This document shows positions 28,406 through 38,133 of a stretch of DNA of 64,000 nucleotides, piece by piece. The position numbers and the translations under genes are program-made. The number at the start of each line of letters is the position of its first letter. The stretch's first letter is position 1. The notes beneath the pieces were generated by a model. That model did not search any database. It had not been told where the DNA came from and saw only the letters and a list, made by a program, of their open reading frames with translations. Origin of the DNA: a virus; the IMG/VR virus record IMGVR_UViG_3300020281_000010. One strand, written 5' to 3'.

Positions 28406-30499
28406 ATGGATTTAGAAACTACTTCGAAACTTCTGAAGTATTCACCTTCGGACGTACAATCAGTTACCTACGTTATTGAATACGCAGAGCATAACTTCAC
28501 TGGTGAAGCACGCTATGCTTATCTTGAGGAGCGTCTTGTCACTCCAACAGAGAAGGCAATCGCTGAAGTTATTATCGAAGGTAAGAAAGGTTTATGGGAT
28601 AACATTCACGCTAAGAGAAAGCGTGGAGAAGCACCTGCAAAACCTGGGGACAAAGACTATCCTAAAACACTCAACGTTGAGCATCACGAGAAGGATGAGA
28701 ACGGTAAAGTTATTGAGCACGATGTCGAAGATGATGTCACCGAAGGTAGTGCCTATGGTATCTACAAAGGTGATGGTGTAGATAAGATTAGAGCACCTCG
28801 TAAACAAAAAGGTGCAATGGCATATGATGGTCCTAACAAGGCAGCATCTGAAGCACGCGATAGAATCCTTGCCAAGACAAAGGCAAAGCGTGCAAAGATC
28901 AAGGAGGAAACTTCTAATGCAGCAACACTGAACAACAAACCAAGTGCTGCATCTCCTAAAATTGATACACCTAAGGAAAAGCAGTCAACCGTTGATCCTC
29001 AATGCGAGAATCAAAGATCAATCAAAGCAAAAGGTTCGACTCCTAAGACTCAGGTTGAAGAAGGACTTAAACAGGCACGTAAGAACGTCGGCGCTAGTAA
29101 GTGTTGGGACGGTTACGTTGCTAAAGGTACCAAGAAAAAGAACGGTAAGGACGTTCCTAACTGTGTACCCGCTAACGAGGAATGGGTATGGGATGTTGTA
29201 GACGAACTCGGTGAAGAGTTTGACATCCTTACAGATCAGGATCTACAAGATGTTGTTGTAGAGGCACTGTTAGATTTCGAGACAGAAGAGTATCTAACTG
29301 AAGCACTTGACATCTTGGATGGATTCGAACTACTTGTTGAATCAGATAAGTATTACGACTCTGCAGTCAAATCATCTAAGGATGCTGCAGCACGTATTAA
29401 CAGAGGCAAAAGAGCAGAGCGTTTGAAAGGCGCTGCATCTAAAGCAGGTTCTATCGTCAAGAAAGGACTTGGAATGGCAGGACGTGCTGCTAAAGCAGGT
29501 GCCAAAGCAGGTGCTAAAGGTGCAGTTCGTGGTGCAGGTTATGCATCAGGTCTTGCACAACGTGCAGCATCTTCTGCTAAGAGAGAATTCTCTCAAGGCA
29601 GAGAACGTGGACTTGGTGGTTCATCAGGTGGTTCATCAGGTGGTGGATCTTCTTCCTCAAACAATAGACCAGTACAAACCTCAGGTAAAATCGATCGCAG
29701 ACCACAACCTCAGTCTGGTGGCGGTTCTGCTCCTAAAAAGAAGGCAGGTCCAGGTCTTCTCAGTCGTGCTGCAGGTGCAGTCGGCAGAGGACTTAGAAAG
29801 GCAGTCGGAGCAGGTGCTAAGGCAGCAGGTAAAGTGGCAGTCGGTGGAGCAAAACTTGCAGGTAAGGCAGCAGTTGGTACTGCAAAGGTCGCAGGTAAGA
29901 CTGCGGTCGGTGCCGCCAAACTTGGTGGTAAGGCAGTAGCAGGTACCGCTAAAGTTGCAGGTAAAACTGCAGTTGGTGGTGCTAAACTTGCAGGCAAAGC
30001 GGTTGGTAAAACTGCACAGGCAGCAGGTTCTGTCGCTAAGGCAGGTGGTAAAGCAGCAGTAGGCACTGCTAAGGCAGCAGGTAGTGCTGTCAAGAAGACA
30101 GGTGCTGCTGTTGGTGGTGCTGTCAAGAAGACTGGTCAAGCAGCGGGTAATCTTGGTAAAAAAGTTATTGGTAAAACCTCAAGAGCAATCTCTAAAGGGT
30201 CTGATAAACTAGCAAGAAAACTCGGAGAAGAACAAATGCACGAATCAAGAGTGGACAAGGTAAGACGCCTTGCACTAGCACAAGAAACTTTCGAACACGA
30301 CATCGCACAGGCACGCAATCCTGATGCTGATTCTTGGAGAGAGCGTCTTGCATACAGCAAGTACATTGCTGAACAACCAACCCCAGAGCAGTTGAAAAAG
30401 CGTGAAGTTCTAAAACAAACTAAGGAACTCACCAACAAAGGAAAGCACAAGGAAGCATCTGAATTATTCAAGAAGAACTTCCCGAACTTTGGTAAATAG
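28406..30499 (+). CDS. Large modular protein with Ala/Gly/Lys-rich repeats; probable head-internal protein
   Basis: 697 aa, CTAAATA upstream, short modules separated by EE/E-A, 11-aa repeats. Confidence 0.75.
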   Translation: MDLETTSKLLKYSPSDVQSVTYVIEYAEHNFTGEARYAYLEERLVTPTEKAIAEVIIEGKKGLWDNIHAKRKRGEAPAKPGDKDYPKTLNVEHHEKDENGKVIEHDVEDDVTEGSAYGIYKGDGVDKIRAPRKQKGAMAYDGPNKAASEARDRILAKTKAKRAKIKEETSNAATLNNKPSAASPKIDTPKEKQSTVDPQCENQRSIKAKGSTPKTQVEEGLKQARKNVGASKCWDGYVAKGTKKKNGKDVPNCVPANEEWVWDVVDELGEEFDILTDQDLQDVVVEALLDFETEEYLTEALDILDGFELLVESDKYYDSAVKSSKDAAARINRGKRAERLKGAASKAGSIVKKGLGMAGRAAKAGAKAGAKGAVRGAGYASGLAQRAASSAKREFSQGRERGLGGSSGGSSGGGSSSSNNRPVQTSGKIDRRPQPQSGGGSAPKKKAGPGLLSRAAGAVGRGLRKAVGAGAKAAGKVAVGGAKLAGKAAVGTAKVAGKTAVGAAKLGGKAVAGTAKVAGKTAVGGAKLAGKAVGKTAQAAGSVAKAGGKAAVGTAKAAGSAVKKTGAAVGGAVKKTGQAAGNLGKKVIGKTSRAISKGSDKLARKLGEEQMHESRVDKVRRLALAQETFEHDIAQARNPDADSWRERLAYSKYIAEQPTPEQLKKREVLKQTKELTNKGKHKEASELFKKNFPNFGK
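29795..30025 (+). repeat. Degenerate 33-bp (11-aa) coding tandem repeat, about 7 units
   Basis: RKAVGAGAKAA/GKVAVGGAKLA/GKAAVGTAKVA/GKTAVGAAKLG/GKAVAGTAKVA/GKTAVGGAKLA/GKAVGKTAQAA. Confidence 0.85.
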
Positions 30500-30500
30500 T

Positions 30501-30947
30501 ATGGGCAAAAAAACAAAAATTATTATCAACCCTAAGAAGGAAGATCTAATGAAGGAATCCATCCGCGCACTTCTTCAGGCAGAACTCGCTGATCTGAAAG
30601 AAGCATCTAAAAAGAAACTTGACCCTGTAGGTAAGGAAGACAAGGACATCGACAACGACGGTGACCACGATAAGTCTGACAAGTACCTGATCAATCGCAG
30701 AAAAACTGTTGCGAAAGCGATGGGAAAGAAAACCCATCTATGTGCTAAGTATGTTGAGCACGCTGAGTATGGTTTGTGCTATACAATTCCTGAGGCACAT
30801 ACCTTGGTAGAGATGGCAGAACCTGATGAGTTCGGTCACACTCACGAGGTTACTCACTACGACATCGTAGATGAGGCAGAACAAATGTACAGTCAAGTTC
30901 CTGCTAGTGAACTCGATATGGTTATTGTTGAATCGCACAAGCACTAA
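30501..30947 (+). CDS. Hypothetical protein with DxDxDG motif
   Basis: KLDPVGKEDKDIDNDGDHDKSD; TAAATA upstream. Confidence 0.7.
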   Translation: MGKKTKIIINPKKEDLMKESIRALLQAELADLKEASKKKLDPVGKEDKDIDNDGDHDKSDKYLINRRKTVAKAMGKKTHLCAKYVEHAEYGLCYTIPEAHTLVEMAEPDEFGHTHEVTHYDIVDEAEQMYSQVPASELDMVIVESHKH

Positions 30948-31354
30948 TGAAATCTTTCGGAGAATACCTCAACGAATTGAATCGGTACGAAAAAGAAACT
31001 GGTAAGTCCACTGGCAAAGTTACTGGTCGTACTGGTCTCAATACTCCTGCCGCAGGCACACCTACTCAAAAAGGTGGTGCAGGTAAGGACTCTGCTGTTG
31101 CTAACGTCAAGCGGATGGTACGCAGTATGCAGGGTGGCAAAGAGGTAGGTCAGATCAAGAAACAGAAAGGTGCTAAGTCTACTGCAGGTACTAACAAGTA
31201 CGGAAAGATGGCATCGCATCGTGCTTCAGTCAAGGCACAGACTGAAAAGGATATGAAGAAACGTGGTTTCAAGACCACTAAAGACTATACAAATACTATG
31301 GCACGCTACGGTGGTAAAGATAACTACGACAAAGGACGTGGTTTAGGATCATAA
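30947..31354 (+). CDS. Basic hypothetical protein, probable head-internal protein
   Basis: N-terminus MKSFGEYLNE resembles T4 internal-protein capsid-targeting sequence; K/G-rich. Confidence 0.7.
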   Translation: MKSFGEYLNELNRYEKETGKSTGKVTGRTGLNTPAAGTPTQKGGAGKDSAVANVKRMVRSMQGGKEVGQIKKQKGAKSTAGTNKYGKMASHRASVKAQTEKDMKKRGFKTTKDYTNTMARYGGKDNYDKGRGLGS

Positions 31355-31390
31355 CGGTGCCTATATAGAGTAGGTTTCTCTCTATTAATT

Positions 31391-31585
31391 ATGGTAAAAT
31401 TCCTTCTTCCATTTGCAATCAAAGTTATCGACGCAGCAGTCGATAAGATTCCAGATAATCTAGATGATGTAATCAAGAAATTGCTCATCTCTCTAGCAAA
31501 AAAAGCAGTCTCAAGAACTGACAATACCGTTGACGATCAACTGGTCGCAGCACTTGAGAAGGCACTATTCCCTGTAGAGGGTTAG
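31391..31585 (+). CDS. Small hypothetical protein
   Basis: 64-aa ORF followed by terminator. Confidence 0.7.
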   Translation: MVKFLLPFAIKVIDAAVDKIPDNLDDVIKKLLISLAKKAVSRTDNTVDDQLVAALEKALFPVEG

Positions 31586-31599
31586 TCTCACAGACACTG

Positions 31600-31620
31600 G
31601 GGACCTTCGGGTCCCTTTCG
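31600..31620 (+). terminator. Hairpin terminator with UUCG loop
   Basis: GGGACC-TTCG-GGTCCC + TTT. Confidence 0.75.
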
Positions 31621-31626
31621 TGTTTG

Positions 31627-31634
31627 TATAAATA
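31627..31634 (+). promoter_or_regulatory. T4-type late promoter
   Basis: TATAAATA. Confidence 0.75.
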
Positions 31635-31664
31635 AAATATAGGAAACATTCGGAGTAAATCAAG

Positions 31665-32450
31665 ATGGCCATTCTGGGCAAAATCGACGCAGCAACGTTC
31701 TCCAATAATGTCGCGGTCACTAATGGTGACGCAACTGTTACTAAGAATGCCGCCGACACCGTTGTTGTCGGAGATGTTCTAGAATTGGGTAATGTCGCTT
31801 ACATCGTCAAGCAAGTTAACAGCACAACTTCAATCGAGTTGCACAAGAACTATGCAGGCAGCACAAACTCAGGTTTGTCTGGTGCTGTAAGGAGAACTCC
31901 TCCTAAGGCAGTTGCTGAGTATGTAGTTAAAGGTGGCGACAGTATCTCAGACTATCAACTTATCTTCGTTGATACTACTGAAGATGGTATTGCATCCAAC
32001 AAGTCCCGTGGTATTGACGGACCTGGATGGTGGTTGTACAGAACATACAACACAGCAGGTGGAACTACACGTCACAAGGCAGAAAAACTTGCAGCACTTA
32101 GAGTTGCAGCAGGTACATCTGGTGACGATGCTGATGATACAGTGGCAGCAGACGTGCTTGAGACCATTACTATTGGTACTCAACCTGCTGATCAAAACAC
32201 ATCTTCTGGTGCAGCAACATTCACTGTCGCAGCAACTGTGGATCAGTCAGGTACTATCACTTATCAGTGGCAGAAGAGAACATCTTCCTCTGGAAGATTC
32301 TCTAACGTGTCTGGTGCAACCAGTGCATCTCTTGCATTGACAGGTCAGACCTCTGCTAATACAGGCAACCAGTACAGAGTTAAAGTTAACTCAAGCAAGG
32401 GTGCCGCTGAAGTTGTAAGTAGTATCGCTACTCTAACTTTCGTTAGTTAA
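31665..32450 (+). CDS. Virion structural protein with C-terminal Ig-like domain
   Basis: ITIGTQPADQ...FTVAA...TYQWQK...YRVKV. Confidence 0.8.
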   Translation: MAILGKIDAATFSNNVAVTNGDATVTKNAADTVVVGDVLELGNVAYIVKQVNSTTSIELHKNYAGSTNSGLSGAVRRTPPKAVAEYVVKGGDSISDYQLIFVDTTEDGIASNKSRGIDGPGWWLYRTYNTAGGTTRHKAEKLAALRVAAGTSGDDADDTVAADVLETITIGTQPADQNTSSGAATFTVAATVDQSGTITYQWQKRTSSSGRFSNVSGATSASLALTGQTSANTGNQYRVKVNSSKGAAEVVSSIATLTFVS

Positions 32451-32467
32451 TTAAACCTTCCTTTGTA

Positions 32468-32839
32468 ATGCAATTTGATATTCTCACAGCGGACAACTTT
32501 ATGATGTTCGCTATGAAACACTACGATAACCCCCAGTCAGTTACATATGATGACTTCCTTGAAGATATGATGCGTTTCAAATATTTGAAGCGTCTCTTTG
32601 GGAGGTACATCAAGACTGGGGTTCTTCGTAATCATTTGATACTGAATCATTTGATCGTATTATTCAATGTGTTTGGTGATGCTGCCATACCTTTGTTAGT
32701 CTTTAAGGTTGACAAACAGTATTGGGACATCCTTAAAACATATTTACTTTATCTGAACAGATACCCCGAGACAGGATGCGGGACCTTAGATTATGTTGAG
32801 ATTGATGCATCCGTAAGTAAACAGTTGAGTGACCTCTGA
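32468..32839 (+). CDS. Conserved T4-like phage hypothetical protein
   Basis: NFMMFAMKHYDNP...RFKYLKRLF...LILNHLIVLFNVFG. Confidence 0.75.
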   Translation: MQFDILTADNFMMFAMKHYDNPQSVTYDDFLEDMMRFKYLKRLFGRYIKTGVLRNHLILNHLIVLFNVFGDAAIPLLVFKVDKQYWDILKTYLLYLNRYPETGCGTLDYVEIDASVSKQLSDL

Positions 32840-34446
32840 TGCCTGCAAAATCCGTAGCACAAAGAAGATTTATGGGAATGGTACGTGCCACCCAGAAGGG
32901 AGAGATGAAGAATCCATCGCCCGAGTTGAAACGTGCTGCAGGTGATATGTCTGCTAAGGCAGTCAACAAGTTTGCTAAAACAAAAGAAAAGAATTTACCT
33001 GATACTGTACATAAGATGCCTGATGGTACACTGATGCCAGGCAAAACACATAAGGAAGCATACGCAGTACAAGCAATGACTGTGGTTCCAGGTGGTGCAG
33101 ATCATAGCAATACCAGACAGGGAAGTATTGGTAAGAAGAAAAAGAAAGAAGAGATTAAAGAGTTTGTAGGTGCAGCAGCGGCAGGTACTGCAGGAGCACT
33201 GACTGCAAAGAAAGGTAACAGAGTTAAGAAGGCAGTTGGTTCAGGTGCAGGATACGCAGTAGGTTCTACAGTCGGTAGGAAAGTTGGTGGTGCAGTTGGA
33301 CAGGCAGTGGGTCAGGGAACTGTTCCTCTTGTTGGTGGTGCCATTGGTAAACAGGTTGGTAAAGCAATCGGTCACGGTGTAGGTGGTGCAGCAGGTGCTA
33401 TCGCAGGTGGCAAGTTAGCAACAAAGATTGGTAAGAAGAAAGAGAAGAAAGAAACAAACGAAGAGATGCAACTGGAGAAGTTCAGTGCTATCACTAAGAA
33501 GCGCATCAATAAGATGGCAGCAGATAAGAAGGTAGGTAAGGGTGAGAAGATTGGTTCTGTCGTAGGTGGTATCGGTGGAGCACTTGCTCTTGGTGCTGTT
33601 GATGGTCCTCTACCTGTAGGTGATGTGGTAGGTGGTGTTGTTGGATCTAAGATTGGTGGTAAGATCGGCAAACAATTTGATAAGAAGAAGGTAAAGAAAG
33701 AAGAGTATATGGATGAAGCAAAGTATGAGGCAGGTGCTTCAACTTATGGTAAAGCATCTATCAGAAACAAAAGAAAGTTTGGTAAGGGTGGTAACGCTGC
33801 TCCTCCAGAGGAGAGAGGTGAGATGATCGCCAAGCGAAGAGCAGAGCACAAAGCATCACGTGGTGTAAAGAAAGAAGAGATTGATAGACCATACACAGGA
33901 CCTGACAAGAAAGACAGAGCAGTTATCAAGAAGATGGATAACAAAAAGTTTGCTGCCAAACTAGCAGACTATGAAAAGAATATGGATCCTAAGAAACGTC
34001 AGGCACTTAAGGACAAAGCAACTAAGGGTATGAAGTTTGTGCACGAAGAAGGTGCACCTACTATGAATACAGGATCTAATGCTAGTGCAGCAGGATTCTC
34101 CTCTGATGCTGATGAGAACGGACCAACCGCAGGTATGGATCAACCGTTAGGTGGTACTGCCAAGTTGAAAGGTAAGGGTCCTAAACTGACAAAGAAGAAA
34201 GCAAAGTGTAAGAAGTCTCCCGATGGTATAAATAAGGTATGTGAATCTACCGAGGCAAGATACTTATCTTTCCTTGTGCAGATGGACGACGTTGAGTTTA
34301 TATTTCAGGGTAAATCACCTGCTGATGTAAAGATAAGACTTCGTAAAATTTATAGACCAGAAAGATTGAAGGGTATTAAGATTACTCGGATGCTTCCTGC
34401 TCAAGTGATGCACTATTATTGGGAGAAACGCCAGGCAGCGATGTAA
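32839..34446 (+). CDS. Large modular basic protein with glycine zippers
   Basis: 535 aa; MPAKSVAQRRFMG start; GxxxG runs; modules bounded by KKEE/HEE. Confidence 0.75.
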   Translation: MPAKSVAQRRFMGMVRATQKGEMKNPSPELKRAAGDMSAKAVNKFAKTKEKNLPDTVHKMPDGTLMPGKTHKEAYAVQAMTVVPGGADHSNTRQGSIGKKKKKEEIKEFVGAAAAGTAGALTAKKGNRVKKAVGSGAGYAVGSTVGRKVGGAVGQAVGQGTVPLVGGAIGKQVGKAIGHGVGGAAGAIAGGKLATKIGKKKEKKETNEEMQLEKFSAITKKRINKMAADKKVGKGEKIGSVVGGIGGALALGAVDGPLPVGDVVGGVVGSKIGGKIGKQFDKKKVKKEEYMDEAKYEAGASTYGKASIRNKRKFGKGGNAAPPEERGEMIAKRRAEHKASRGVKKEEIDRPYTGPDKKDRAVIKKMDNKKFAAKLADYEKNMDPKKRQALKDKATKGMKFVHEEGAPTMNTGSNASAAGFSSDADENGPTAGMDQPLGGTAKLKGKGPKLTKKKAKCKKSPDGINKVCESTEARYLSFLVQMDDVEFIFQGKSPADVKIRLRKIYRPERLKGIKITRMLPAQVMHYYWEKRQAAM

Positions 34447-34826
34447 TGTCTGATATAAACACCGCCATAATCGAAAGACTCGAACGAGTAGTTGATTCAT
34501 TGCAGGAGAACTCTGTAAAGATGGGTCAACTTCTTGCTGTACATAATGAAAAACTAACCAAGCAAGACGAGATCGATCAGGTTTTGTTTGAAAAGGTTGA
34601 CAGAATTCATCAAGACATCACCAGAGAAACGAATGCAATCAAGAAAGGATGTGAGAGAGACATCCGTCTGGTAGATGATAGACTCCGTATGATAGAGAAA
34701 AAAATGTGGACCATTGCAGGTGCACTTACAGTAATTAGTTTCCTCCTATCTCCTATAGGTCAGAGAGTTATGGGACCTATATTGACAGGAACGAATCAAT
34801 CGAGTATCATAAGAAGCGTCGAATAA
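34446..34826 (+). CDS. Coiled-coil protein with C-terminal TM
   Basis: LERVVDSL...LLAVHNEKL...MWTIAGALTVISFLL. Confidence 0.7.
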   Translation: MSDINTAIIERLERVVDSLQENSVKMGQLLAVHNEKLTKQDEIDQVLFEKVDRIHQDITRETNAIKKGCERDIRLVDDRLRMIEKKMWTIAGALTVISFLLSPIGQRVMGPILTGTNQSSIIRSVE

Positions 34827-34834
34827 AAAGTTGA

Positions 34835-35833
34835 ATGAGTTTCATTGATATTAAGTATGCTCGCATTGTTGGGAGCAGACTTGATAAGTTCAAGGAAAAA
34901 AAATCTACCCTCTACAACTTTAGATGTCCCTACTGTGGAGACTCCCAGAAACAGGCATCGAAGGCGAGAGGGTATTTCTTTACCAAACAGAATGACATCA
35001 TCTTTAAGTGTCATAACTGTGGCGTAGGGAGGACTCTTGGCAACTTCTTAAAAGACCACGCACGAGACATATATGATCAGTACGTTTTAGAGAGATACAA
35101 GGATGGTTTGACAGGCAAAAGGACAAGGGTTGCTAACCCAAAACCTGATGTGTTCAAAGCAAAACCAGTATTTAATACAGGGACTAACCTCCCAAGTATT
35201 TCTAGTCTAAATACAGAACATCCCGCAAGACAATACCTTGAACAACGTGGCATTACAGGATCAAAACTTGATCTCATTTTCTATGCAGAAAAGTTCAAGG
35301 AGTATGTCAATTCGCAGAAACATACATTTGACAACCTCCAGAATGATCGACCCCGTATCATCATTCCTCTGATTGATAAAGACGGAAAATGGTTTGGTGT
35401 GCAGGGTAGATCCCTAATGCAAAATTCCAGACTCCGTTACATTACTATTCTATACGATGAAACTAAGACAAAAGTATTCGGGCAAGACAGACTGGACCCT
35501 ACAAAACGAGTCTACCTCGTGGAAGGACCGTTTGATTCCCTCTTCTTGGAAAACGGTGCTGCTATGTGCGGGTCCGATCTTGATCCTAGGTCGCTTGGTT
35601 GGAGCGATTGTGTTTATGTTTTTGATAACGAACCAAGGAATAAAGAGATTACCGACAGGATCGCCGACACCATCGGTAGAGGTTACAAAGTAGTAATCTT
35701 TCCGTCAGGAATACAACAAAAGGACCTTAATGATATGGTTCTTGCAGGACACAACGTACAAAATCTGGTAGAATCAAACACCTACTCAGGATTAGAAGCA
35801 AAACTAAAACTATCTCAATGGAAGAAAGTATGA
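34835..35833 (+). CDS. g61: DNA primase gp61
   Basis: CPYCGD...CHNC zinc finger, RIIIP, VEGPFDS, DNEPRN, KDLND. Confidence 0.96.
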   Translation: MSFIDIKYARIVGSRLDKFKEKKSTLYNFRCPYCGDSQKQASKARGYFFTKQNDIIFKCHNCGVGRTLGNFLKDHARDIYDQYVLERYKDGLTGKRTRVANPKPDVFKAKPVFNTGTNLPSISSLNTEHPARQYLEQRGITGSKLDLIFYAEKFKEYVNSQKHTFDNLQNDRPRIIIPLIDKDGKWFGVQGRSLMQNSRLRYITILYDETKTKVFGQDRLDPTKRVYLVEGPFDSLFLENGAAMCGSDLDPRSLGWSDCVYVFDNEPRNKEITDRIADTIGRGYKVVIFPSGIQQKDLNDMVLAGHNVQNLVESNTYSGLEAKLKLSQWKKV

Positions 35834-38133
35834 ACGTAATTAAAAGAGACGGTACTCCCGTCCCTCTCAACCTTGATAAGGTACATAAAATGGTTGAGTT
35901 AGCGTGTGAAGGACTCACTGGTGTGAGTGAGTCACAAGTAGAAATGAATGCCAACATCCAATTCTTTGATGGCATTAAGACTAAAGAAATTCAAGAGATC
36001 CTGATCAGGTCTGCTAGTGATCTGATTGATATGGACTCACCTAATTATCAGTACGTTGCTGCTCGTCTTCTTCTGTTTGATGTGAGGAAGCAGGTGTTCC
36101 CTGAGTGGGCAGACGAAGTTGGTTACCCACATCTTCAAGACCACGTACAACGTTGCGTAGAAGCAGGTGTGTACGATGGTGACATTCTAAATAAGTACAG
36201 TCCTGTAGAGTGGGATTGCCTTAACAGTTATATTGATCACGAACGTTGTATGGGTTTCACCTATGCAGGGTTGAGACAGATTGTAGATAAGTATCTGGTA
36301 CAGGATAGAAGCACTGGGACTCTCTATGAGACTCCTCAGTATATGTACATTATGGTTGCGGCAACACTCTTCCAAGACTACCCTAAAAACTCTCGGTTAG
36401 AGTATGTACAACGCTACTACACAGCAACCTCCAAAGGAAAAATCAACCTCCCAACGCCAGTGCTCGCAGGGGTTCGGACGCCAATGCGTCAATTTGCATC
36501 TTGCGTTCTCGTTGATGTTGATGACACCCTCGATGGTATCTTTAGCAGTGATATGGCTATTGGTAAATACGTCGCACAAAGGGCTGGTATCGGTATTAAC
36601 GCAGGCAGAATCCGTGGGATCAACTCTAAAATCAGAGGTGGAGAGGTACAACACACAGGTGTTGTCCCCTTCCTCAAAAAGTTTGAAGCAACTGTCAGAT
36701 GCTGTACGCAAAACGGTATCAGAGGTGGTTCTGCTACAGTTCACTTTCCTATCTGGCACCAAGAAATAGAAGATATTCTTGTTCTTAAAAACAACAAGGG
36801 TACCGAAGATAACCGTGTAAGAAAACTGGATTACAGTATTCAGATTAGTAAACTATTCTACGAAAGGTTTATTCAAGGTGAAACAATCTCTCTCTTCTCG
36901 CCTCACGACGTTCCTGGTCTTTATGATGCCTTTGGCACTGATGATTTTGACGCTCTGTACACCAAGTACGAACAGGACGAGAAAATTGCTAGACGGACTG
37001 TCTCCGCCAACCAAATCATTCTCTCACTACTGAAGGAGCGTGCAGAGACTGGTCGTATTTACATTATGAATATCGATCACTGTAACTCTCACTCCTCATT
37101 CAAAGACAAGGTTAATATGTCTAACCTCTGTCAAGAGATCACTCTTCCTACAGATCCTATCTCTCACATTGATGATGAAGGTGGTGAGATTGCATTGTGT
37201 ATTCTCTCTGCCATCAACGTAGGTAAACTTCGTAACCTCAATGAGATGGAGGAACTATGTGACCTTGCAGTCCGTGGTCTGGAAGAACTGATTGACTATC
37301 AGAAGTATCCTGTGAAGGCAGCAGAACGTTCTACTCTTGCACGTCGTTCACTTGGTATTGGTTACATTGGTCTTGCACATTACCTTGCTAAGAATGGTTA
37401 CAAGTATGATGATCAGGGTGCATATGACATCGTTCATCAACTAACTGAGTCATTCCAATTCAACTTGCTCAAGGCATCAAATGCTCTGGCAATGGAGAAG
37501 GGTCCTTGTGATGGATTCCAACACACAAAGTATGCTGATGGAATTCTTCCCATCGATACATATAAGAGTGAGGTAGATGAAATTACAAACGTAGATCTTG
37601 CTTATGATTGGTCATCTCTTAGGGATTCTATCAAGCAATACGGACTCAGGCACAGCACTCTGTCCGCACAAATGCCATCGGAATCTAGTTCCGTTGTGTC
37701 AAATGCAACCAATGGAATCGAACCACCTAGAGACTACCTGTCCATTAAGAAATCAAAGAAAGGACCTCTTAAGCAGATTGTTCCAGGTTTTCCATACTTA
37801 AAAAATAAATACACCCTCCTATGGGATATGCCTTCCAATGAAGGTTACATTAAAATTGTCGCTGTGATGCAAAAGTTCTTCGACCAAGCAATCAGTGGCA
37901 ACTGGAGTTATAATCCAGGCAATTATGAAAACAACGAAGTCCCCTCTTCCGTTATGGCAATGGACCTATTGACAACTTACAAGTACGGTTGGAAGACAAG
38001 TTACTATCATAACACTTATGACAATAAGAAAGATGGTGAAGAAGAACCAACCGTACAACTAACGCAAAGCGTTGATCAACTAGTAAACGAACTTTTGGAG
38101 GCAGAGGAAGACTGTGACAGTTGCAAAGTTTAA
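35830..38133 (+). CDS. nrdA: Ribonucleotide reductase class Ia alpha subunit
   Basis: ATP cone VIKRDG, ASCVL, SNLCQEI, MPSESSS, C-terminal CDSC. Confidence 0.98.
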   Translation: MNVIKRDGTPVPLNLDKVHKMVELACEGLTGVSESQVEMNANIQFFDGIKTKEIQEILIRSASDLIDMDSPNYQYVAARLLLFDVRKQVFPEWADEVGYPHLQDHVQRCVEAGVYDGDILNKYSPVEWDCLNSYIDHERCMGFTYAGLRQIVDKYLVQDRSTGTLYETPQYMYIMVAATLFQDYPKNSRLEYVQRYYTATSKGKINLPTPVLAGVRTPMRQFASCVLVDVDDTLDGIFSSDMAIGKYVAQRAGIGINAGRIRGINSKIRGGEVQHTGVVPFLKKFEATVRCCTQNGIRGGSATVHFPIWHQEIEDILVLKNNKGTEDNRVRKLDYSIQISKLFYERFIQGETISLFSPHDVPGLYDAFGTDDFDALYTKYEQDEKIARRTVSANQIILSLLKERAETGRIYIMNIDHCNSHSSFKDKVNMSNLCQEITLPTDPISHIDDEGGEIALCILSAINVGKLRNLNEMEELCDLAVRGLEELIDYQKYPVKAAERSTLARRSLGIGYIGLAHYLAKNGYKYDDQGAYDIVHQLTESFQFNLLKASNALAMEKGPCDGFQHTKYADGILPIDTYKSEVDEITNVDLAYDWSSLRDSIKQYGLRHSTLSAQMPSESSSVVSNATNGIEPPRDYLSIKKSKKGPLKQIVPGFPYLKNKYTLLWDMPSNEGYIKIVAVMQKFFDQAISGNWSYNPGNYENNEVPSSVMAMDLLTTYKYGWKTSYYHNTYDNKKDGEEEPTVQLTQSVDQLVNELLEAEEDCDSCKV

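Noticed and set aside
29795-30175. 33-bp periodicity as a possible CRISPR array
   Set aside because: Units are degenerate, in-frame and contiguous, with no unique spacers and no cas genes
29681-30516. Long - strand ORFs (152, 138 and 126 aa) opposite the 697-aa gene
   Set aside because: Shadow ORFs explained by the stop-poor GCA/GGT/AAG repeat codons; no RBS or promoter
34227-34234. Internal TATAAATA suggesting the 535-aa ORF is really two genes
   Set aside because: The reading frame is continuous across it; it more likely drives the downstream 34446 gene
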